A DNA stretch of 64,000 bases from Camelus ferus (Eukaryota), in assembly GCF_009834535.1 (NCBI RefSeq), contig NC_045697.1:46254001-46318000 (forward strand). Reading direction: 5' to 3'. Numbering within the stretch: the first letter of the stretch is position 1; each line of letters starts with the position of its first letter. Below the pieces are notes generated by a model. That model was not told where the DNA came from, did no database searches, and saw nothing but the letters and a program-made list of their open reading frames with translations. Positions 53,434-64,000 of this stretch are shown here, in pieces. The translations under genes were made by a program, and so were the position numbers.

Positions 53434-55722
53434 ATATGGAATATTTCAAAAGAATCAAATGAAATGAAATCATCACCTCTTCCATGACTGTTTTTTCTTC
53501 CCCTAGCTCTAATTTCATGGAAACAAAATTGTGGAGACCTATTTCCCCTTTTCTGTGTCAGTGTTATTCTAATGTTGTTGCTATGATTAATTATTTTCTA
53601 GCTAGATTGCAACATGCTAGTCATATAGTTTTGAAATTTTTGAGTGCTTCCTCTCTTCCCATAGTTATTTTGCAAGTACGTAGTGACTCTGATTTGTTTT
53701 TACACTTCTATGATTCTGTTAGCTAGAATTTCAGTTCTGTTTGGCAGATTAAAGTTTTTGATTGAACATAATAACTTGTTTTCGATAAAGAAAAGGAAAT
53801 TAGGTGCAGATGAAGTTCAAAACTGAATGTGTCCAGGATGATTAGAAAATATATATTCCTTTTACCCTATAATCAAGCTCAAGGGTCTGGTGTGTCCCCG
53901 GGTAAACCTTAAGAGAGTTTTGGCTTCACAGCCTTGATCACCATGTGGGTACTAAGTCTCCAACCGGACTCCTCGGCTAACTTGTCTTTGTAGACACTTG
54001 AAAATGCTGCCTGTCAGAACTATGGTTAGCTAGGAACAATTGATCCTACAAACGGCTGACTGGAAAGTCATCTAACAAATGGACATTAATCCAACAAGTG
54101 GCCAATTGTCTCTGTAATAAAGAGATTACTGCTTTCCAAAAATTTGTGTTTCCTGTATTTTCTTCAGCTGCTTCAGCTGCAACCAACAACTGCCCCTCCA
54201 CCCCACCAAACTATGTTCCAGCCAAAGTCGTCTTTTCTTGTTCTTGCAAGAAGCCACTGCTTCTGCCCCGACTCCCTTCCTGGGCTTCCATATTCTTCCT
54301 CAGGAGGCCCTCTCGAAGCCTGCACGGCCTAGTTCCCACTTTGCCCTGTTTCTGTTGTGCTCTCCTTCCACACTCCTCACGGTTCTGATTATTTGTTCAC
54401 TTGTTCAAGGGTTATCTCTCCAGCTAACCCGTGGGCTTCATGAGGACTCATCTCACACGATCGCTTTGGCAGTTCCTTAACTATCTAGTATTTAAAGAGC
54501 AGCACTGCCTAAACAGGAGTGAAGCTTTTAGCTTCCACCTGTGATACAGATCTGTGCATAATCATAGCTAGTTCCATCTGACTCTGAAGTCTGCAGTTTT
54601 CAGCATGGTGTCTGCTCATGCGACTGAAATCTATGTGTTTGACCTTTCCTTAATTGTTTATAAAGTTATGTGAACAATGAAATGATTTCCCTTTCATGAC
54701 TGAAGCCTTTCATGCTCTGATAATGGCTTTGGCAAACCTAAACAAAGGAACTGGGGAAGCCTCGGTTTGTATCCAGTTAGCCGAGCTAGTGTCTGGGACC
54801 AGGGTCTCCAGAGCTGTGTTTACGATGAGGTTGGGTTGCATTAAATTCTTTGCTTCTTCTGACTTGTTTTCCATCATGCTTAGCTTAATATGATAAAGAT
54901 TAGGTCTGTAGGTCTTTCAAAAGTGTGTGTTTTCATAGTCAGTATTCTTACAGACAGATGTTTGGAATCATTTGAGAGAATATTATCACATTAAATGTAT
55001 AGTTACATCTGGATGTGCATAGTGTTTTGTCAGTGTTCCTAATAGGGGCATTTTTTGACAGAAAATCCAAGAATTTTAACTGCCTGTCATGGCTACCCCA
55101 TCTACTTTATATTCCATCAGTATCATTTTCCAAATTCCCTGCTCATGACACATTTGTAGAAAGAAAACCCTAACCACTAAACTTTTAGTATATTCACACC
55201 CTCTAGTTTTACGTCCTTATTTCTGAACACAGGATTTGATTCTAAGAAAAGGGGGAAACGAATGTTCATAGAACCCTTTAGAAAGTTGTGTAGAACAGCC
55301 AAGCGGTGAGCCATTTCCATGGGTGCTGTGGCTCGATCCTCATGTGGGGAAGGTCTGGTGGGGAATGTTGTTTACATTCCATACGTGTCACAGATTGGGG
55401 CTATCTTATATAAGACCTTATATTTGAAGGTGGAATCATGAATTTATAGATTTGACAACATTTGTCCCAAAGGATATTATAGTTTTCTATGTATTTCTTT
55501 GACATTCCTTTCCTGTTATGTTCTTATTTGTCCAGATTTTAGAGCTTAGTGTAATCAAGCCTGTGGGGAGCTGCATGATTTCTTCTTGAATGTTTAGAAT
55601 TCTGGGTAGAAAGATACACTTGGAGTATTTCATAAGTGTCATATGTGTTCTGAATTACTTTCTTTGGTTTTGAGGACAGAGAACTTAGATTATTTGCCTG
55701 GAAAATTTCTGTAAGGTATTTA

Positions 55723-55756
55723 TCTCTCTCCTCTCTCTCTCTCTCTCTCTCTGAAT

Positions 55757-55806
<50 letters not shown>
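55723..55806. repeat. Compound (TC)n-(AC)n microsatellite
   Basis: TC run ~55723-55752, spacer gaatcaa, AC run ~55760-55806. Confidence 0.95.
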
Positions 55807-55808
<2 letters not shown>

Positions 55809-56036
55809 CAGCTTTCTATGTGCAAGACACTGATTTAGATGTTTAGGACACATCAGTAACCACATGCCGAGCTTACATCTCCATTCTAACAAACTCTACA
55901 TCAAGAAGTTACTAGACGAATGCATGTCTTTTCAATTCTTGTATTTTAAAATAATTCTTTACGATAAATATTTGATAACATCTTGAAGTGCCTTAAGAAT
56001 GGTCTACTGGTAAGTGGTAAAGCTTTATGAAGATAT

Positions 56037-56064
56037 TGTGTGTGTGTGTGTGTGTGTGTCTGTG
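56037..56064. repeat. (TG)n microsatellite
   Basis: tgtgtgtgtgtgtgtgtgtgtgtctgtg. Confidence 0.9.
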
Positions 56065-57041
56065 TATGTAAAGTTTCTGTAGTTATTTTCATTGTTTTCT
56101 GAAAAATAAATGAAATGATAAAGATTCTAGGTGGTATTTTGGTGGTGTCTGTTTTGGTTAATTTGCAACCTACCGTCTGCTATATAAATATTTTGTGTGG
56201 TTATTCCCTCTTACATTCAGATGCAAAATTAGAAATCAAAGGATACTTTAGTTGATCATGTATACTTGATTCTTAATCTTTTCCTAAAAATTTCTGAAAT
56301 TAATGAATGTTTTATGGTCTATGCTGCTCTGAGAATTATTTTTAAAGTTATTTTTAATAGATTTATTAAAACTGAAAGGCTACTAACAACCAATATCTTT
56401 GGAAATTGATTTATTTGGAGATAGTTTCCATCTACTCTATGGTAATCTCTCTCTTTTTTTTTCCATTGTGAAAATATCAGATAATATAGGGAAATGATGA
56501 CACACATTTCAAGATTTTTCTGATCAGCTAAACCAAGTATATTTTGCTAGCACTCCCTGCTATTTCTGAAAACTACCTTCTCTCTTCAGTTATTTACAAA
56601 TAACTATCTACATAAAGATTGTTAGCTCTTTTTGTGCATAGGTAATTATGTATTGCAATTCAAATTCCATTTTTAAATGTTCTGATTAAATCCTACTACC
56701 ACTGTTGCTTCAACATCAGAAAACCTCTTAGCTTTGTTCAATCCTAGCATTTCCCAAAATGGATTCTAGGGAATCCTACTTCTGTAGGATATTGATAACG
56801 TTATGAAAAATAAAAAAGATTCTGTGCTGATACAACTTGGACTTACTTTTGTTTTTTTACTACAAAACCATCCAGAGCTTTAAAAATATGTTAATGTGCA
56901 CAGTGCTTTTTAAAGAGTGATATCCTTTGCCACAGAGTTTCATGCCTTGGGAACAGCTGACTTTCTTATTTTGTAGATTAGAAAACAGAGGCACCAAGAA
57001 TTTGAGCAATGTGCTTAACATTAGACCCATAGACTGCTTTT

Positions 57042-57105
57042 TTTTCTTTTTCTGATGTATAGTCAGTTACAATGTGTCAATTTCTGGTGTTCAGAATAAT
57101 GTCCC
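57042..57105 (-). mobile_element. Very short L1 3' end with TSD
   Basis: polyT plus gatgtatagtcagttacaatgtgtcaatttctggtgttcag; TSD tagactgctttt (57030-57041) and taaactactttt (57111-57122), followed by AA. Confidence 0.75.
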
Positions 57106-58300
57106 TCGACTAAACTACTTTTAAGACAACACCATTCTAAGATGGATACTGACAGGTTCTTCCCACTCGACCCCAGCCTCTCTGTTAGCTCTTGGGATAC
57201 ATATGGCTCCCTCCTTGACTTCTGGGCTTAAACGTCTTATTTGTTTTGAATGGCAGTAAATGTATCTCTGAAAAGCTGCCTTATAAAGGCCCAAATTTCC
57301 ATCCAGAGAGTGTATTGATTTATTTACAGTTATTTTTGTTCTTCCTTGAAATATTTCCCTTAAAAAACAAACCAAAACACGAACAAAACATGATAACTGG
57401 GGATCCTGGAGAGTGGGATTTGGAAGAGACACCTTGTTCCCTTGGAAACTTTTATCTCTGAACTAAAAAAAAAAAAACACTCTTTGTTATGTGTGTTTGT
57501 GACTTTTGCAGTCTTATTTATTTGGAATTCATTCTCTTAGTAAATAGATTTAAATGCTGATCATAGAGTATATACTGGTAAGTAGGTTGGACATGGGCCC
57601 TGCCTTCCTAGGGCTCACAGCGAAGAGAGAAAAAGCAAATTAAATAAATAATTGTAGTTCACCTCAAAAATAAGCAAATAATCAACACATAAATTGTGAT
57701 AATGCTAAAGATTAAAGTGTGGAGAACTATCCTTTGTACAGTAAGGAGGAGCATTTTCTAGCCAGAGGTTACAAGGAAGTCTTCTGGAGGAAGTGGCTTA
57801 AGCTAAGTTCTCTGATGAATAGGTACTTGGTAGGTGAAGGGGGTAGGAGGCAGAGCCCAGAGCAGGTGCCTTAGGGCTGGAGGAGCTCATCCTTAAGAAG
57901 TGAAAGAACACCAGTGTGGTTCTTGTGTGGGTAGTGGTTCAGCTGCCCTGAGAGATCTTCTGATAAGTGAATGCACGTCTTGCATCGATGGGTATGCACC
58001 ACTTGCTAACAAGAATCATTGTTTGTTTGTCATCTCCTTGGTGATTTTTGAGATTCATCTTGTCCTATCATTTAAATATATAAAGTAAATAGTGTTCCAT
58101 TATCAAAAAATCTGGGGAAATTCTGCATAAATTCTGCCTAGAGGTAATCATGCTTGTAACCAAAATAATCCTTCCCCAGAGACAAAAGATAGGGACCATA
58201 TGGATGATCTGTACAATCTCAAATTGTAATTTTCCTTATTTTTTTTATGGCCGAATTTAAAACATTTTGGAAGTTTTTCGTATTTATTATTGCCTGCCTT

Positions 58301-58437
58301 TTCTCCCCCCCATTTTTAAAAATTGAAATATAGTTGATTTACAGTGTTGTATATTAGTGATTCAGTTATACATATAATATTATTTTTATATTCTTTTTCA
58401 TTATAGGTTACTACAAGCCATTGAATATAGTTCCCTG
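58301..58437 (-). mobile_element. Short L1 3' end with 17-bp TSD
   Basis: attgaaatatagttgatttacagtgttg...ataggttactacaagccattgaatatagttccctg; TSD ttattattgcctgcctt (58284-58300) and ttgttattgcctgtctt (58438-58454). Confidence 0.85.
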
Positions 58438-58730
58438 TTGTTATTGCCTGTCTTAACATAATATATATAAAACATAATATAAGGGAATTTAATACAAATA
58501 GGTTATGATATATTTATATATTATACAATATAAATATAATAAAAGGGAATACAATACAAACAGATTATAAGATAATTTTTTCAATTTAAAGAATTTAAAG
58601 GAATATGATGGAAATCAGGTTTGATATCATGATGCTTTCCATATTATTTTCTGCTGTTTCCTTAAAAAACATGTCTTTGGGCTTTGTCCCTAAACTTCAC
58701 TGCCTTGTTTTTGTTTTCTGCCTCTTCTAG

Positions 58731-58826
58731 TCTAATGGGATTGCAGCCCTCATCGCGATTTTGGTGTTACTGCTACTCTTGGCCATCGGTTTAATGTGGT
58801 GGTTTTGGCCCCTTTGCTGCAAAGTG
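58731..58826 (+). CDS. ANTXR2: ANTXR2 exon 12, transmembrane helix: [32 protein letters not shown]
   Basis: cttctag acceptor, GTG|gtgagt donor, 96 nt, phase 0-0; hydrophobic helix followed by WWFWPLCC (juxtamembrane Cys pair). Confidence 0.98.
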
Positions 58827-59399
58827 GTGAGTAAGAAGGATTTGCAACTCTACCCATTTTTTTTTAAACAGCAAGGTGTAAAGTAGGACCTGAAACCTGA
58901 ATCAGTGACACATGGTTCAACAACAGCAAAGTTTCAGTTAGCAAACTGAATTTTAATAATTTTTATCACTGTAATAAATTCTGGAAAACATGCATGCCAA
59001 TAGATGTTTATTATAAAACTTCATCTAAAAACACTTCACAGTCAGGTTTGGGGGAAGAAGCGGGGAAGAAGGTAGGAAAGGTTATAGGGATAAAGGGTTT
59101 TAATTTCAAGTAAATTGAATGATATGTTCTGCCGGATTCATTGGGAGAGGTTGATAATCTGTCAGGTTTTTGTTTTTATTTTTCAGTGCTTAATGAATCT
59201 TTCATTACTCTTTCATTACCTGAAATCTGCTATTTCAGGACCTTCTCTGTCTGCCTCTCAGAAAAACATCCTATAAATAAGTCATGTGTAGGTGTTAGGG
59301 TACCCGTTAAACAGTCACTTTTGAAATTATGACAGTTGGTTTCAGGTTGTCATTTTTCACATTTGAGTAAAACCTCTGAAATAATATGGGTAGATAGAA

Positions 59400-59888
59400 G
59401 CTTTCTGTTACTACTGTAGCAAATTATCGCACATCTGATGGCTTAAAGCAACACAAATTTGTTCTCTAACAGTTACGTAATCACAAACCCAACATGGGTC
59501 TCACTGGGCTAAACTGGACTGAAAGGGTACATTCCTTTCTTAATGCTCTGGAGGAAAGTCTGCCCTCTTGCCTTTTCCAGCTTCTAGAGGTGACCTCCCT
59601 TCCTTGCCTGACGGGCCCCTTCCTCCACTTTTAAAGCAACATGGCATCTTTGTGATTATTTTGTAGTCACATGTCCCTCTGACTCTGAACCCATCTGGGA
59701 AAGGACCTCCAATGTTAAGGAACCATGTTATTAGGCTGGAGGCACCTGGATAATCCAGGATAAATGCCTATCTTAAGGTCTTTCACCTTAGTCACGTCTG
59801 CAAAGTCTCTTTGGCCTTGTAAGGCAACATATTCACAGTTCCTGGGAATCAGGCTGTGGACATCTTTATGGGGCCATTACCTAACCTA
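59400..59888 (-). mobile_element. MLT1D-like MaLR LTR
   Basis: ggcttaaagcaacacaaattt...ttttccagcttctagagg...cacctggataatccaggata...tctgcaaagtc...ggacatcttt. Confidence 0.85.
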
Positions 59889-61559
59889 TTTTGGTAATAT
59901 TTCTTGTCTAATCAAAACATTACACAGGACTTTATATTCTGTAGATCACGGTAGCATTTTACATAATATGAGGTGAGGGCCCTTTTTTTTCCCCTCACTG
60001 TTGCTGACTGATTTCAGCTTCCTTGCAACTTCAGGCAGTACTTTATATTACCCCTGCATTTATTATTAATTGTTATTCAGTCTGCTTTCATGAGACAACT
60101 TTGTAATCCTTTATCTCAGAGCACTTGGCCCATGGACGAGGCACAGAATTAACTTAGACAACAGTGGAGACAAGAAGCATCCTGTCTCTTTGCTGAACTA
60201 ATCAGTTTCCTGCCACAGCAACTTATGCTCAAACGGTTTCCTGTTGTAATCTTGATTATCTTAGATATGGCGATTTTAGGCTACGTAGCATTCTTGAGTC
60301 TCAAATTAAAAAGGGAAAAGGTGTCTTAATGTGATTTGTGCTTCTTATTTTTTAATTTAAATGTCACCGTGGTGGATATCCTTCCTTCGTTACTTTGCAG
60401 TTTCATTTAATGTTGACCAGAGGGCTCAAAAGTATCAAAGCGTATGATTTTTAAAAGGACACTTGTGAAAACTGAAATGGGCTTCTTTGGGAGGTTGCTA
60501 GGTATGCTCAGATGAAGTCTCCACCCTCATATCTCATGGTGTAGAGATACTCCATCATCAGGTGGTGAGAATAGATCCGTTCCATCCCTGGGACACTGCA
60601 GATTGTGAATCACGTGGTTTATTTCTTTATGCAAATCACTCAGGGACACCATCAAGGTGTGTTTTCAGGATGTCAGGTGGGCTTCCTATCCTCAGAAACA
60701 TGAATGTTTACTAATTTCTGCAACTTATTTAATAGAGAGAAGCACCTTTATTTTACATTTAGAAATATATATTAAAGAGCAGCTAGCCCTGAGTATGAGC
60801 TTGTATGTAGACCTAGAGAGAAGTGAATCATAGCAAATGTTTCCTAAGTAGGTTTAAAAGCAGGGAGAGGTAGAGGCAAAATTCTGCATTCAGCCCTTAG
60901 CAATCTAATATGGGCTAGTACAGTGCTAGGAACTGGTGGAACAAAACTGATTATCGTCTGAGGTGGAAACTCACACAGAACTGCGGGCAAAGTGTGAATG
61001 GTGGCTTATAAGTTCCCAAATAGCAACATGTGTAAAGAACACAAAGGAGTCGGGGTTTGCCAGAGTTTAGGGATATTTCAGAGAAACTGGACTGAGCTAC
61101 AGACTCCAAACTGAGTTTTGAATAATGAATAAGACATTGGCAGTTGGTGAAGGACATTTCCGATGAAATGTGTGGGGAATTATGAGCTATTCTGGCATGC
61201 TTTGGGAAGTCCTAGGCTGAGTTCTAGTGTGCCAGGGAAAGGGAGAGGTGAAAGACGGTTTAGAATTTGGCATGCACCGCACTAGGGAGGGCATCCTCTG
61301 TATTGAGGAAGTTTGAATTCACCTCAAGGATGATGAGAAGCCACTGGAAAGGAGTGTACACTTTTGATCAATGTAATCCCCTGCAAAAAGCTTTGCTTGT
61401 TTTATGGTGGTGTTGATATCTGGTCTTGGGAGAGATTAGGTCTTATTCAACTGAGTTCTTTCAACAGCTGAAGTGCAAAGCCAGCAACAGATAGTGCACC
61501 TTAGATATGACCAGAGGTAAATCTCTCCAAAAAAAGTGTAGAGAGTTGGAGTATAACAT

Positions 61560-61947
61560 TTTTGGATATGATTAAGAATCTTGGAATAGGGTTATTATCC
61601 AGGATGATCTAGGCGGGCTCCAAATGCTGTCATAAGTGTGCTTATAAGAGGGAGGCAGAGGAGATTAGATTCCAGAAGGGGAGAAGGCAATGTGACCATG
61701 GAGGCAGAGATTGGAGTGATGCAGCTACTAGGCAGGGATTGTGGTCAGTCACCAGAAGCTGGAAGGGCCAGAAACAGATACACCCCTGGAGACTGCAGAA
61801 GGAACCAGTTCTACTCACACCTATTTTTAGCCTTGTAAAACTCATTTTGGACTCCTGGCATCCAGAACTGCAAGAAAATTAATTTCTGTTGTTTTAACCC
61901 ACTCAGTTTGTGATAATTTGTTACAACAGCAGTAAGAAACAGGTACA
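61560..61947 (+). mobile_element. MLT1C/D-like MaLR LTR (5' end missing)
   Basis: ggaggcagagattggagtgatgcagcta...ccagaagctggaagg...ccagaactgcaagaaaattaatttctgttgttttaa...aatttgttacaacagcagtaagaaacaggtaca. Confidence 0.85.
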
Positions 61948-62450
61948 TTCCCTAAATGATTCTGATATTCTCCAGGGTTGGGAATCACTGCTTAGGGCTA
62001 TTGATTTTGGCAACTAGTTTTCAAGTCAGATCATTACAAAGATTGTTCGTGGAGTACAGGAGGTTGTAAGATGGGAGATAATGAAATAGTCTTCAAAATG
62101 TTTGCAGTGGAAAAAAATTGTTTGTAGTGGTTCCACTGTGATTAAAAACAATACACATTCTTTAAAAGTAGAATTACCATTCTGTTTTGTTTTGAGTAAC
62201 TGTAAATATGCATATGCATATTGCTTTATACATTGAGTAGAATTTACTTACTGTTTCAGAGTGGCAAGGGTTTTGTAGAAGAAACAGGTTTCTAATTTTT
62301 AGGAGTATCCAAGGTGCATATGTTATTAGAACCTATTGACGGCAAAGACCCAGGCATTCTGTATTATTTTCTCAGAGTGCTTGTTATTTGCTAGAAGAGG
62401 TCAGTACAATCCCATTCATATTCAGATACATATCACTACTTCAAAATGAT

Positions 62451-62795
62451 GTCAGACAGAGAAATAGAAATACTGCATGTTTTCACTTTTATGTGGAATG
62501 TAAAAAACAAAACAAAAGAGCAAATATAACAAAGCAAAAACAGACTCATAGATACAGAGAACAAACCAGTGGTAGTCAGAGGCGAGGGGAGTAGAAAGAT
62601 GGGTGAAATAAGTGAAGGGGATTAAGAGGTACAAACTGCAAGTTCTAAAATAAATTAGACATGGGGATATAAAGTACAGCATAGAGAAAATAGTCAAGAA
62701 TAGTGCAGTAACTGTGTGTGGTATAAAAATATTGAATCACTATGCTGCACACCTAAAACTAATGTAACATTGTAAATCAACTATACTTCAAAAAT
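62451..62795 (+). mobile_element. L1 3' end (L1MA9/laurasiatherian-like)
   Basis: cagactcatagatacagagaacaaaccagtggt...gaggtacaaactgcaagtt...ttgtaaatcaactatacttcaaaaa. Confidence 0.85.
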
Positions 62796-62889
62796 TATGA
62801 TAGTTTCTAGGCCTACTATTATGTTTCATTATAATTATTGAATTAATAAAGAAGCATATATATTTTTGAGTCACAGATTTGGTTTTTTT

Positions 62890-63042
62890 TTTTAAACAGA
62901 TTTGATTATTATATTTCAATACAATTGGGTTCCTCTAAATCCTGTGTATTTTAATATAGCTTCATTACTCTGGGCAGGGATTCATAGATTCACCAGATTG
63001 CCAAAGAGGGGCATAGAATATAAAAAGTTAGGGAAACTCCTG
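62890..63042. mobile_element. Charlie4-like hAT DNA transposon end
   Basis: aattgggttcctctaaatcctgtgtatttt...ttcaccagattgccaaagaggggcatag...aaaaagttagggaaactcctg. Confidence 0.6.
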
Positions 63043-64000
63043 TAATAGAATATATGGCCATCTAAGATGCTTTTAATATGAGACTATTTTTAAAAATTTA
63101 AATCTTTCAGTTCATTTTAATGAGTATTTTCAAGGATAAAAGAGAGAGATGATATCATTTAAAATGTTGCAAAATTGTGTCTTCTGTGTGCCTGGGCTTT
63201 CCATGACAAATAGAATCCAAACCAATGATATTTGGAGGACTTTATCTAGTAATAATAATAAAAGAACTCTTATGCGAAGCTGGAAGTCTTAGGCACTACC
63301 ATTAGTGAATTACAGAGGGTGTTGAGTTTGCAAACTATTGCATAAGGGGAAAAGTTCTCATTTTTGTATGAAGTTATTTCTCACCATCTGTTTAAGAGTC
63401 TGTATCCTGTGCATTGAGTATCCTTTACAACCATCCATCCTTTACAACTGCTTTTCTATAACAAAGACATCAACAATATCCTTCCTTTTTCCTTAAATTA
63501 GAAAAGGGGCCAGGAGAGGTTAAAAAAATCATATATTGAATCATGTGTAAGATATCAGAAACTATGGATGTTTTCATCATGGTTTAGCTTAGAAGATATG
63601 TTGAGTTTATAGCAGATTTGTTTTACTGTCAAGATGGCAGAACTGACAGCCCTATAGTTGCATCATTTGGAGCAACCAGACACTCTGCAGAATTACAGAT
63701 GTAAGGCTAATGAGGTGGCAAACAAAGGCTTTCTGTAGTGTTAGATTAGAGCGTGTTATACAGCTGCAAATAAATATCTGAATATGCTGGAGATGATAAG
63801 TGTTCACTTTGCTCTAGTGTCCTTGGCCAAAGTTCTCCATCCGCAAGGCAAAATTGCAAGCTTATTTTTCCTTAGTTCATTTTAAGACATTACATAAAGA
63901 TCTCATAAATCTTAATTTAAAAAAATTTTTTAAAGTTATCTTTTTGAAGCCCACTTTGCTTATAAGTAAGTTGAGCTTTTGTGATGAGGATCTGTCTGAC

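Noticed and set aside
55539..55892. 117-aa ORF with VCVC and ERER runs
   Set aside because: Translation of the (TC)n-(AC)n microsatellite.
59048..59100. G-run cluster downstream of exon 12 (possible G-quadruplex or intronic enhancer)
   Set aside because: Long, irregular loops in a purine-rich tract; not distinguishable from background.

Overview
Placental-mammal genomic DNA, AT-rich and mostly intronic. The window lies inside ANTXR2 (anthrax toxin receptor 2 / CMG2) on the + strand. It holds ten consecutive GT-AG coding exons, equivalent to human exons 3-12: 72, 82, 108, 69, 81, 61, 99, 70, 79 and 96 nt. They splice into one open frame covering most of the VWA domain, the Ig-like stalk and the transmembrane helix; the gene's 5' and 3' ends lie outside the window. 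Introns carry old mammalian repeats (MIR, L2, L3, MLT1, MER5, MER58, Charlie) and short 5'-truncated L1 ends, several with visible target-site duplications. I saw no Alu, B1/B2, Can-SINE, PRE-1 or Bov-A/BovB SINEs, which suggests a cetartiodactyl, probably a camelid (inference). The best non-routine signals are an antisense, decayed processed CDC20 retrocopy in intron 10, a perfect 194-bp tandem duplication in intron 7, and consensus GTAAGT donor motifs inside exons 5 and 10. I found no solid evidence of a wholly new biological system; the isoform and regulatory ideas are hypotheses. Human comparisons and repeat family names come from memory, and repeat boundaries are approximate.
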